A DNA stretch of 64,000 bases, from positions 873,453 to 937,452 of the forward strand of contig NW_003314294.1 in NCBI RefSeq assembly GCF_000143415.4, in the 5' to 3' direction. Source of the stretch: Selaginella moellendorffii (taxonomy: Eukaryota; Plantae; Lycopodiophyta). This document shows, piece by piece, positions 21,465-33,963 of the stretch. Under the pieces are notes generated by a model. It was not told the DNA's origin. It did no database searches and saw only the letters and a program-made list of their open reading frames with translations. The first letter of the stretch is position 1; each line of letters begins with the position of its first letter. The position numbers and the translations under genes were made by a program.

Positions 21465-22075
21465 TGTTCCACTCCACGGTCAACGCTCCGGTCCACACTC
21501 CACAGTCCACGCTAATCTAAACTTGGCTTTTCCACTCCACCGTCCCCGCTCAGTCCTGCTCTCCACCTTATCCCGCACACGATGCTAACCTTCGAAGTTG
21601 ATGACCTTTGTTGTTCCAGAAGTTCCATGCTCCATTTTCTACAGCGCTCCATGCTTTTGGGAGTATGACCTTTGCCGCATGCTCCCGGCTCTCTCCAGAC
21701 TCCGATATCCCGCTCCAAGCTCTTTTATCCTCCCTGCTCCTCCAAATTTCGAGCTCCAAGCCACGCTCCATGCTCCAAATGTCTATGTTCCAAGCTCCAA
21801 AGCTCTTTCGTGAAAGCCATGCTCCATCCATGCTCCAGGATCTTTTACATACAAAGGCCAAGCTCTCACGCTCCTTGTTCCACACTTCCATGATCTCCAT
21901 GCTATTGGAACTGGGAAAATTCAAGCTCCCAGCCACGCTCTATGTTCTTCAACGCTTCAAGCTCTTTTATGCTCGTTGCTCCTCCAAATTCCGAGCAGTA
22001 TGTTCCAAGCTCCAAAGCTCCTTCGTGGTCCCAGCTCCCTCCACGCTCCAGTGCTCACAGCGTGCACAGTTTCCT
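21465..22075. repeat. Low-complexity degenerate (G)CTCCA-rich array
   Basis: Dozens of gctcca/ctccac/gttcca/aagctc units with strong C skew on the + strand. Confidence 0.7.
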
Positions 22076-23214
22076 GGCATCCCATTATCCTTTTTCTTTA
22101 AAGCAGCCATAATGGAGAGCCTTTTGTGGATCTAGAATATAGAGAACTACAGACCTATTAATGAACGCACTTCTGGACACCTGGTGCTGAATGTGGTTTT
22201 GCAGCCCGGGAAAGATCAAAGATCAAGCATGAGGAAATGCAGTGACTGTACAATAACTTTTTTATGATGTCGTGAAGATACATGGTGGTGCAACTCTATG
22301 GAATAGTTTTATAATCAACTTTGCTGAAGGAAGGGTAACTAAATATACCTTTGAGCTAGCAGATTTTTTGTTTGCTTAAGCAAATCTCATAAACATTCAA
22401 TAAGTATTTTTTTTCAGTTTTTTAGGGTCCTTGCAAGGAACGAGACATTTTCACTGTCCCTTTCAGTCGGCGGCAATTGTTGAATAAGTATGGGCAGCTG
22501 CCACCAAATATGAGATTTGCTGGATCGATTAGAAAATGATTGCTTTTGTGATGGCCAGGAATATGGATGAAAGAGATAAAGCTCTCAACAAACTTACAAC
22601 AGCCTTCGAAAGCTCATCAAACCTGTGCCCCTTACGCAAGTAAGTTGACATAGCTTCGTTCTAAGAAAATCTTGGGAGCTGAATTGACGTTCTCCATTGG
22701 CTATAAAGGCCGAATTGGAGCCCTCGGTAGGCTGGTGGAAGCTTTTACAAAAACCAATTCTCAAGCAGCAGTGAGCTATGAAATGTTGGCGGTGCCAATG
22801 TAGATCAAGTAGCAACCTTCACGGGGCTTTCCAACGATCTGAGGTCTCTGTCGTAGATTTTGGATATGTTAGTGCTCAATGGAGAAGTTGATGAAGTTGG
22901 AACTGCAGGCCTCACGTCTGCCACCTTGCGGTGTTCAGTTCCTTAGCATTCTTTCTTCTCTCCCTCCCATACTCTCTCAGCTCCATTGGAATCATCTGAG
23001 AAGGGTTCTTATGATAGGTCAAGGAGGAGCGATGCCGCCAGGCCCTGGAGCTCCTGCTGCTCCATCGGCCGGCGTGGGGCGGGATTGGTCCCGCCGGGCA
23101 CCAAGATGTCGCGGCACCAAGAAGGTGAGCATCGTGAGTCGCCAGGTGAAGATGGTGCTCGGAGGCTCTGCTTGTTCTTCCACTGTCTCCAGCAGCTGGG
23201 GTTGGAGCTCAAAC

Positions 23215-25837
23215 ATGGCTATGCCGTCGTCTTTCGCCGACTCTCTTGAGCGGTCTATCCGGGATGTGGAAACTGAGATCGCGGAGACAAAAGGCCAATT
23301 GAAGACGGAGCAGGATCCCGACCAGAAGAAGTACCTGCAGATGAATTTGTTGCTGCTGCGGGAAGTGTTGCTGGTCATGAAGAAAGAGAGGCAGCTGCGG
23401 GAGGAAGAGCTCAAATCTAATGGTAAGTCATCTCTTCCATGTGTGTGGTTATGGATGGATCTGGTCGTCTGGTAATCTCCGCATCCTTGTGGTTCTGTTC
23501 GATCTGTGTGAACTTGCCGTTTGCTCTTTGTGGCTGTGTTTAATTCTGCTGTTCCAGGGGCGCTTTAACCCGGAATTTAACCCGGAAGAATGTTGACGAC
23601 GTTTGTGCTGAAGTTTGGAAACGGGTGAAAGAACATCTTCTTTCCATGCCTCCGGAGCAACATTTCAAGCGTTCTTATTCACGTAGCAGCAAGGAGTTAT
23701 GTACCTTGAAAGGCCGGGCGGTTCTGTTGCTAGAGGGGTTGAAGGATGGAGATTATATCGGGTCTGCGTCAGAGGTGCTTAGGAGGCTGGAGTATACAGA
23801 CCTCTGCTTCTTGGTTGACGCTTCTGGCAGTGGCAAGACAAGGACGCTCTACGAAATATCTTGTCAGAGGGACTCCATTTACTTGACGGGTGTTACGGGT
23901 AGTGGAGCAGGGGATGAAGGTTCTCGAGATCTTAATCACGTTGCAGCAGAATTGGGACGCTTGTATCCCGAGGGAGCCATTCCAGAAGCGGCCTTAATGG
24001 TTTGCCTGAAAGCAGTTTTCATATCCAGGTTTTACATTTTGAGAGAAGCTCGCTCTGCAGGCGTCGACGTTACCCCGCTCGCCTGGCTTTTTAAACAAGT
24101 AAGATTCGTGTTTGGTTTGTGAGGGAGCTAAAATGTTTGTGTTTTGTGCAGGTATACTTTCCACACTTGAATTATCCATGGCGTGATCCATGGTGGCAGC
24201 TGACGAAGGGAATACTCAGTCTGATCCGCAATTCTTCCGACATTAAAGTTGCAAGCACCATCTTTTCTGACATGCTCGTTGAGCTGAAAGGACAGGTAGA
24301 CTGGGACGGCATTGTGGTAATAGACGAATGCCAGGAACTATCACGTTTACTGGTGAACAGGTTTAGGAGCGAGACTATGAATGAGGTGAACCGGTCGATG
24401 CTAGACAAGCTCGTCTTGGCTCTACGTGCGATGAACTTCAAAGAGACCATAATATCTGGGACATGCCGGCACTTGGTATGGATGGTGGACTCACTTTCAG
24501 GCTCCGTGAAAGACACACTTAGCTATTATGTGTACTCGGACTTTGGGGATTTTTCTAGTGCTGAATCTATCAAGGAGTACACAATGAAGTTTGTGAAAGG
24601 TGTGGAAGATTTCGACTTCAGCACGATCTTTGGTGTTTACAGAGGCAGATACAAGTTTTACGTGACAGTGTTGCAGATGTTCTTGCGGGATTCAGAGGAG
24701 CAGCCATTGGTCGCTACAGACTACTTCCTAAAAAAGGCAGATGATTTGTGTAGGCGACCAGGCCCTGACCTCTTCATCAACAGATCTGTGTGGGACGATG
24801 TTGTGAAGTTCTTTGCGCTACCATCATTCCATCCCGGGTGTTGGGAGGTGATCATAACTTTATTGCTGCTGCAGGTGTACACGGGAGTTCCTGTAAAACT
24901 GGCAGTCATGGACAGTGATTTAATATTTGTGCAAGCAGGGATCGGCAGGCTGAGAAAGACTGTGGACAAGCCTTTGCATTTCAAACCGGATACAGATTTC
25001 TGCTCGGCTCCTCCTCAGAATGGAGCACAGGTTTCCCTTCAAACTGTTGAGATTGGAGAACCACTCGTGGTGAGGGCTTTGTGGAACTATCTCACAGCCA
25101 GTGGAGACATGCAGAAGAAGCTGATCAACGATATGGGTGTTTGCAGCAAGTCTGAGCTAGGGGTAAAGTTTGAAGCGTACTCCGTTCCCTTGCTTTTGGA
25201 GTTTCTGGAGAATAAGGCGCCAGTGGATTTTATCCCAAAGGTCTACAAGGAAAAGGTGGAGGAGGTCTACAAGCATCCACTACGAGTGCCAAGGTCAAAC
25301 AACTGCGAGATGGTACAGCGAATGCCTGAAGAAGACAATGGGACAATCTTTTTGACATGGCTCAATCAGTTTGAGGAGGTCTTACAAGGAAATCATTAGG
25401 TATCCTCTTTGCATTTCCTATTTTATAGTGGTGAAATAACTTGTTTGTTGCAGGTATCCTTTTGGCCTTTTCTCCACTGTGGAGATATGATTCGTTTTGG
25501 ACCTGATATAGTAATAGTTTGCATTAGCAAGGTAGGAAAGAAGAAAATTCCCGTCTTCTCGCTCTATCAATACAAAGTTATGTCGAGGATAGACTTAATG
25601 AATGCTTTAGACACATTGGACATTGATGATCTATTCTTGCACAAGAGTTTCGGGGGAAGATCACAAGTCAAAGAGATGGCTGTCACCAAACTTAAACAAC
25701 TTGTGCATTGTGGAGGGCTCTTAAAGTGGATTGTTTGCCTTACCACAGACATTAGTGATCTTGAGAAGAGCCATATGTTTCTACACGTAGGAGTGTTCCA
25801 AAAATCCACAAAAGAAAACACACATATGAGAATTTAA
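23215..25837 (+). CDS. Crinkler-type protein: helical N-terminal header + P-loop NTPase + PD-(D/E)xK (REase) domain; possibly pseudogenised
   Basis: Helical header (LERSIRDVETEIAETK...LLLLREVLLVMKKERQLREEE); Walker A LVDASGSGKTRTLY; Walker B GIVVIDECQEL; GVKFEAY; GPDIVIVCI...SLYQYK. Introns 23472(or 23423)-23557, 24099-24151 and 25400-25453. In-frame TAG at 25397-25399. Confidence 0.75.
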
Positions 25838-26950
25838 AGATTACAGGCCTCATTAAAATAATTGATAAGAATATGCAGGTGATGGCAGAAGAAAATGCAT
25901 GGTTTGTTAATGCTGTACAATATTTGAAACATGAGAATTAAATTTAAATGATTGCTTTTTAATAAATATATTAGATTTACTTGATATAATCTTAATATAT
26001 ATGGTATGTGAATACTAGTCTGCATGTTTAAAAGGATATCCTCCACGTGATGCAAAAGTCTGCAAACACTTCTATTATATACTCAAACATCTAAATGTAC
26101 CTATACAATAAGTATATCCATATTGCATATATGATTGGAGTATCGGGAAATACTGATTCAACGCTTTCTATTTACATTCTTCATTTTGTTATATGATTAA
26201 AGTAAGAACAGATATTCTTTGGCACTATCCATTTTCAAATTTTCAATGTTAATGAGATAAAGTATATTTATATATGTTCTGCAATACAAATCAAGTAAGT
26301 AATAGATGTCAATATAAACTTGCGCACACTCCTTCCTCTATAAGATTAGAGCACTTACATGAGCACAAGGCAATCTAATTTTTTGCCATCCAAATTATGA
26401 GCAAAAATATATTAATATGTTTAATATACAAATATGTTTTTATCTCTGTATTTCATATATAACATGATCCAAGGGCATAACAATATAGTAGTAAGTTTGA
26501 AATATTGCATTATAAAGAATTTTTTATATACTGTATATTATAGCTTTAGTTCTACTTCACCAGTCTTGCTATTTGCCTCATCACTTTTCAATTAATGCTC
26601 AGAAAATTAATTAGCTACTTTATAGGCATTTTGAGCTTTAAGAAACTACACTTAAAAATTCAAAGATATTACTTGTTAAATATTTAGAATTTTGTCTTTC
26701 AAATAATGTAATTTGTCTTTGGATCCAATAAGAAAAATTTGGGTTTTTACTATAAATTTATGCATTAACAACATCAAAGTTCAAAAGTATAGGAGTGTGG
26801 CATGCTTTCCGAAGTAAATGAATAAACTTAAGATTCTTAAACACTTTGCAAAAGTTAATGCCTTATACAAAATTTATTATATATGCATTATTGAATATTG
26901 ATTAAATACTTTTTGACACATATTTTTTCAGATTAAAAATAAAGTATAAC

Positions 26951-29900
26951 TGTGAGGTCCAAGTGTATGGCTACGATGCATATACTAATATTAGCATAGT
27001 GGGATTTTGGTAGCCGTCTGATTGATTTCAATCTGGACCATTCGCTTCTATAAAAAAGCTAGAGTTTTTGGGCTAATTGATATACACATTTTCTGTATTC
27101 CCTTTTTATATTCCATGCACTTACATTGGTGGAGATGAAAGGCACCTTTAATTGTCCCTAAAGAGTGCTTGAATTTAGGATTTTGGTTTAGATCTAGCTT
27201 TTGCATCGTCTAGATCTAGCTTTTTCCATTTCTTTTCTTTTGTTATTTCCTTTCAGGATTTTAATTTAGATCTAGCTTTTTGCATTGTCTAGATCTCCCT
27301 TTCCTTCTAGCTTTTTGTCATTTCTTTTCTTTTGCTCTTTCCTTTTCGTTCATTTTCACGGTCGATCAACAATCTCCTCTTTTGACTCTAGAGCAATAGT
27401 TGGTACAATTGCTTGATACTATGTGTTTGCAATTGAACAACCAAACTCAATTGATAGTGCCATTCACGGCATGTGGCACAACTCCTCCTGCTCTTGGTGC
27501 CAATCCTTGTGTTCGGCCAGAGTTCTTTCGCGAAAATCCTGGGGATGATATATACTATTGGTTTGATCACTTCACGGTGATTGCCACATATCATTCTTGA
27601 GATGATGCTTGACATTTGCGTTTCCCACGTGTTTCCAAGAGACGGCATTGCAGTGGTATAATAGTTTGAGCATAGCCACTCGTGGGGATTGGAGTGTTCT
27701 TCCAGATATCTTCAAATGCGCATTTGAACATGCCGATGATTGTGATGATGCCTTCCAACACTTGCATTGTCTTCACTAAGGGCCATCTGAATTGATGATG
27801 CAATTTAGCATTCATGTCCAAAGTTTTTTGCTTCGTGCGGAGCCAAATATGTCGGAGCGGATCAAGCTAGGAATGTTATGGCCAAGATTTTGTTAGACTT
27901 GTGCATGCACTTGCTCTCGCCACCCTTAACGATGTTTTTCGCTTGACACAATGCTATGAGATGTCACCTCTTCCACTTTTCGCTACACATCCTTCAACTT
28001 CACTTCCTCTAGGTGATAGTTCTGTTCCAATAGAGGTTGATGTTGTTGCTACTCGAGTCCAAAGACAAGGGCGAGGCCGTGGTCATGGCCGTGATGTTCG
28101 TTGTTGGGCGTGTAATGAAGTCGGTCACACTTATCAGCGTTCTCCGCGTTTTCCAAATTGGCTTCTTAGGTGGAGACTTTGGCATCAATAACGTCTTGTT
28201 AGTGCTACTGCAGTGGAAAGTCTTGATATTGAGATGCATTCGGGAAATGAGGAGTCGCATGAGTAACGGAGGGACCTTGCGCGAATAAGTCTATGACCCC
28301 TCCATCTTTCTTTCGGGAGTATCATCAAGGGGTTCATTTGACACCAGTTCATCCAATGTTTACTTTCCAAGCTCATTTTTATAACAAGCAGTCTTCTATT
28401 ATTCTCTCCGTGTTTGTTGATATAGGTTTGAGTTTATCTTCTATTGCTTGACCTGTTGCCACACGTTGCCGTCTACACTTGCATTGGGTGGTGGAGCCAG
28501 TTTTCATTCTTTATGGCAATGGCCGTACATATGCATGTGCACAGGATGAGGTAAACTTAGTTGTACGTGTGGGCGATCTCGAGCTTGGGTTGCAATTATT
28601 GCGGGTGGTGCCGAGTCAAGTTTTTGACCTCATCGTTGGTATAGATTGGTTGCAGTGCAATCATGCTAAGTGTGACTTTGAAGCTTCCCCTTTTTATCCT
28701 ATACTTCCTTATATTTCATTCATTCCTCTCACTTCCGTACCTCTTCGTTCCTTTGCTTCTACTTTTGCTTTCCATTACTTTTGTCCCCCTACTCCTTCCT
28801 CTTATAATTTTGTCTTGTTCTGCTCTTCCCTTTTCTAATCCCTCTGACAATCTTTGTATTGCAGCAGTTGACTGGCTCATGAAGGAGTATTCTGATCTCT
28901 TTGATTTTGACCTATCATTTGGGGCCAATATTGCCACATGTCATCCTATTCCAACCGAAGATGCACATCCAATCAAGGTTCATATTCATTGTCAATCACC
29001 CAAAGAGATTAAGATTTTATATACAAACATCAAAGAGATGTTGGAGAAGGGTGTTATTCGGAAGTTGTGGAATCCTTGGGCATGTGAACCTCATCTTGTG
29101 ACGAAGCTTGATAGGAGTATTCGTTTCTGCATCAACTATAGTCTATTAAACGAAGAGACAATCCCGAATGTGTACCCTCTTCCTCACATTGCTGATCTCT
29201 TAGATCGTTTGAGGCGAAGTTGTTAATCCACCAAGCTAGATCTTGTTTTTGGGTACTGGCAAGTACTGATGGCTGAAGAAGATATTTTTAAGACTAGTTT
29301 TTGTACACCGTTCTTGGTGATGCCATTTGGTTTAAACAATGCTTTAGCAACTTTTTAGCAAATGATGGACAAGGTTCTTTGTGATATATCGGAGGTGACT
29401 GCTGACTTCATTGATGATGTATTGATTCACTTAAAGGGGATGTAGAAGGAGTATATTCATGATGTTTGTAAAGTGTTGAATCACCTACAGGATGTTAGCT
29501 TAAAGCTAAAGTGGTCGAAGTGTGTGTTTGGGTCCAAAGATATGACTTATTTTGGGTACTGTATTTCTCGTGAGGGTTTGTAAGTTGATCCTAACAAACT
29601 TGTGGTTGTTCTAAAGTTCCTTACTCCAAAGTGTGTAAATGATATGTAACACTTCCTGGGCAAGGTGCAATATCTCAGTCATTTTGTGGATCATCCTTCT
29701 AATTGCACTGCACCATTGTGAGCATTGATGAAGTCATCGATGTCATCTTTCATTTGGTTTTTGGATTGTGAGCAGGCGTTTGTGGATCTCAAAAAGCTGT
29801 TGATTGATTCCTCCGAGTATGTTATTATTACTTCTGACTATTTGACTCGTTAGATGGAAGTTGGTGCTCTTGCTAGCGCCCTTGCAACTGCTGTTAGATA

Positions 29901-30883
29901 CTTCCTCCTCAATCAAATGGTGTTCCAACATTTTTGTCTGAAGTGGATTCTTTTGGATAATGGTCTCGCATTTATGGCTGAGGCATTTCATGTTTTGAAG
30001 TCTCGATTGGGGATACACCACACTTTCATGAGTGCTTATCATCCACAATCAGACGGTTTGGTGGAACGGGTCATTCGGACATTCAAAGGAATGATTGCGA
30101 AGTACATGAACTTTCAGCATTCAGATTGGGATGGTCATTTGCCGTCTCTTCAGTATGCATATATCATAGAGGTGCATAGTTCTTTGTTGGTGCTTCACCA
30201 TATAAATTTTTATATAGTCATGATCCAATATTACCAATGGAGCTGGGTTTACCTATGCGAATGCCACGAGCTACTGATGCTAGGTCGTGGGATCAGTATT
30301 TAACGAAGCATTTTTTCACTTATCCAAGTAAAGTCTATCGAACACTTAAGCCACATACAAGTGGGACAACAATGGCACTATAACTCCCATCATCGTCCAC
30401 CTGTAGAGTACAAAGTGGATGACTTGGTGTTAGTCCATTTTCCCCATCTTATGGAATATGATTTATTTAAGGGGCTCCTTGCTCAGTGGAAAGGACCGTA
30501 TTGGGTGTTACGGCAAATTGGACTACAAGTTTATGAGGTTCAACATGACATCCAGCAGACCGATCCTCTATAAATTATGCATATGCAACGGTTGAACAGG
30601 AACAATTGATACCACATATAGATTTGCTAATGCCTCCTTCTGACGTTCCTCTAAATCCTAGCCCATCTACACAAAAACCTTGATGGTCTTCCAAGAGGAG
30701 GGAATGATGTGAGGTCAAAGTGTATAGCTATGATGCCGTATATTAATATTAGCATAGTGGGATTTTAGTAGCCGTTGGGTTGATTTCAATTTAGACCACT
30801 CGCTTCTATATATAAGCTAGGGTTTTTGGGCTAATTGATATGCATATTTTCTATATTCCCTTTCTATATTCCATGCACTTATA
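26951..30883 (+). mobile_element. Ty3/gypsy LTR retrotransposon, degenerate, with internal deletion
   Basis: LTRs 26951-27125 and 30708-30883 (TGTGAGGTC...CACTTACA/ATA). TSD TAAC on both sides. PBS TGGTGGAGATG at 27127; PPT AAGAGGAGGGAA before 30708. Remnants of gag (CWACNEVGH knuckle), protease (FDLIVGIDWL), RT (IRFCINY..LN, FIDDVLI) and integrase (AYHPQSDGLVER, WKGPY). Confidence 0.93.
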
Positions 30884-32840
30884 TAACTATTATATATTGT
30901 GTTTTAATTAAAAATTTTAATTACTTAAGGGACTCTAATTGTTATTGTTTTTAATATCAATTATGCCAACCTTTAACATCTACACTAATTGTTAAAATGC
31001 ATCTAAGGTATCTTAACCTCAAATATGTCCCATTAAACAAATCAAGGGTGTACAATGTATAAACTAGTATGAGAGAAATAGTCTTTTGAAAGTAAAATTT
31101 TCATCAACCTCAACACAAATATATTATTTAAGTTACTTATGTTAATATTAACTCAAAAATGTAAGTAATTAAGCAAAATAAGTTTTTATCAACAATAGAA
31201 GCATAGAGTCTCTAAAAACAAACCCTCTCTTTTCCATTGAATTATATAATATTTCTTCTAAGATTATAATCAATTTAAAATGCCAGCAATAGCAATATTT
31301 TTACTTATATTTCAATCTCATAAAGAAAATTGTATCTTACCCCTAAAATAATCTTTATTTTGCCATTAAGATCAAATAAATAGACACCCATACGTTAAAA
31401 TAGAGTATTCATTTTAAATTTGAAAGGGCATATTTGCAAATATGAATAATTTAAGGTTTTCATGCAATTTTTTAAATATTTATTTTAATATTCTCATGCT
31501 AGAATGGAAATGCAAATATAAATATCTAAGGGTTGATATTTGCTACTTAACTACAAAATAGTTTCTAAGTAAAAGTATATCTTCGTGTTTTAAGCTTTGG
31601 CATCAAGAAGATAGATTCATTATATACTAAAAATTCAAAATTGTTTTGGCTAAAAATTTAAAATATTACATTTCAAGATAAAACAATTTGGTCCAAATCA
31701 AGGTTACAAAGTAGCCTAGAATAACTAACTTTCCTTATATTCACTCCATCTCAATTATAACAATCATGTAAGATTTTGAGATTCCTAATCTATAATAGCA
31801 CTTATAATACGTTTATTAAAATTAAATTTTAATAATATAAAAAACTAATAACATACCAAAAGGAAATATTAAAAATAAAATAGTATAACACGGTAGGATA
31901 CCAAGAACAAAAGATAGTGTAATCATAACCCACAGAAGCTAGCACACCTATATATGATATCAAAGACAATAGAGTAACATGTGCAGTCTCAAAAGACATG
32001 GAGCCACTCCAGAGCCAAAGCATTGTTGCCAAAGTGGCATAACAGAAGAAAATGATGCAATGAAGATTAAAAGAAAAGAGTAAATCTAAGCATAACAATA
32101 ACTAAAATTCTAAATTTGGTGAATAAATATATTAATTAGGGTTAGACCCAGATTCTCATATATATAAGTAGCAGAGTAAAACAATTTGCGAATGTGAAAT
32201 AATTTAAGTCCAGCAGCGAGTTAAATGCACTCTTCCCAAGCAGTTCCTCTTGTTGTGTTGTTCAGAACTTTTTTCATTATCTCAAGGCTGGTTTTCTTCC
32301 TCCAGGTAGGACTCACTGCTTGCTTCTTATGTCCAGGCTTAGAATCACCTCTTATCATCTCCTTCAAGTTGTGAGACATGGACGTTACTTAACTTACATG
32401 CCTAACTCTTGTCTATCACGTAGAGTAGGTATCCTTCCAACGCAGATAATCTGGACTTCTATCCTGTCCTTCCTCAAGCACGTCTACTTGTGGAGTGCTT
32501 GGGAAAGATGGAAACTCCTTTGCCTACTTTAGAGTGAACTCCAACCCCATCTTTGACGAGAGGCCCGGTGTCTTCTTTGTCATGGACATGAACTTCATGC
32601 CCAGTACGTCAAACTCTCCAGTAACTCGTGCGCTGCCGCCAACACACGCATCACCAAGCGTCGCTTCAAACAGCACAAAAGGGCCAGGTTCCTCAGCAAC
32701 GTGGACATCCTGACCGTAGCAGCGAGGATTCAGTGATCCAACACAAGCCCAGCTCTAGAAGGTTTCTGACATGTAGTATGGATTCCGCTTACTTTTGCAT
32801 TTTTGGAGAAGAAATACTTGAGTAAACATCTTTTAATTAG

Positions 32841-33845
32841 TCACTCCTCACTCTCTTCACCAGCCAAGTGCTGCCTCATTGCCTCCAAGTGAGGAGGGGA
32901 CAGTGGCATGATAAACTTGGCAAAGCCTAACCCGTCAGGATTCGGTGCATACTGTACATGTATGACACCTCTCGTCTGCATGGCCTTCAACACACTCTGA
33001 TCGCCTCCAAACACTTTGTCACAAGCAGCCGCCCACTCGACGACGCCATCGTCCGAGCTTATCATCAGCTCCATGACCTCGTTGAACTTGGCAGCTGACC
33101 ACCTGGATTAAGAAGAGATCGGTGAGAAAAATGAAAAGAAACAAGCTGCTACTTACTCTGGAGCCGTCACTCCACCCAGGATACACACTCTCGTCGAGTC
33201 CACCATTCCACCTAGTTCTTCCTCCAGCAATTTTGGATCCTTCACTGCTGATTTGGCAGCGTCTAGTAGAAGTAAGGGGCATCCACCACATATACCATAT
33301 ATCTTCTTCCAATCCTGCTCACTAACATAACCAGAGCCTCTGTCTGCCAAACATTTGAAGAAAAATTCCTTAGCCCGCTCCTTATCCAAGTGTCCTACAT
33401 ACACAACTTCTACCTCGTCCCCAATCCAGTCCTCGCGAAAGGAGTCGACGGAGGTGGCCATGATCACAGTTGCCTTTCTCTGGCGTGCCATGGTCTTGAG
33501 ACACTCTACAACGGGTTCGGCATCTGCGTGAGGATCTCCCGTCAGCTTGTGAGCATCATCAAGGATCAAGACGGGCGGAACATCATCATCTGCCTGCCGC
33601 TGTATGACAGCCTCCACATCGCTGAGAGTATTCCCAAGAATCCTAGAGAACATCTCAAAGAAGTAAAGGGGCGCCTTGACATGCTTGTCCGCCTCCCACA
33701 CGCTCTGGAACCGCTTCAGTAGAGTCGTCTTCCCAGAATTTTGTGGCCCTAACACCATTACTATGCGATCTACGCCTGCCACTGCAAAATCCACCAGCCT
33801 ATCCAGCTCCCCTTCCCTCGCCACCTTCAAGCTGTGAGCTGCCAT
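32841..33845 (-). CDS. Stand-alone P-loop ATPase (archaeal-ATPase/STAND-like) with probable C-terminal winged helix, ~316 aa
   Basis: Two exons (33845-33157, 33102-32841) splice in frame. Motifs REGELDRL, VLGPQNSGKTTLL, VLILDDAHKL, VIMATS, GGCPLLL and MPLSPPHLEAM. Confidence 0.85.
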
Positions 33846-33963
33846 CCCTAAGATGGAAGGGTTGTGATGAATATATATATACGTCGGATGTCAACCGGAC
33901 GATGAGGGCTGGATTATATTGATCGTCCGATCAGTGATTTCGAAATTTAGGGTTCTTGGGGCG

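Noticed and set aside
22879-23214. N-terminal extension of the 198-aa ORF upstream of the CR header
   Set aside because: Low-information sequence that looks like UTR or promoter. The start is placed at ATG 23215, though 23032 cannot be excluded.
31829-32098. 89-aa hydrophobic minus-strand ORF
   Set aside because: Non-ATG start in very AT-rich DNA; the hydrophobicity follows from T-richness.
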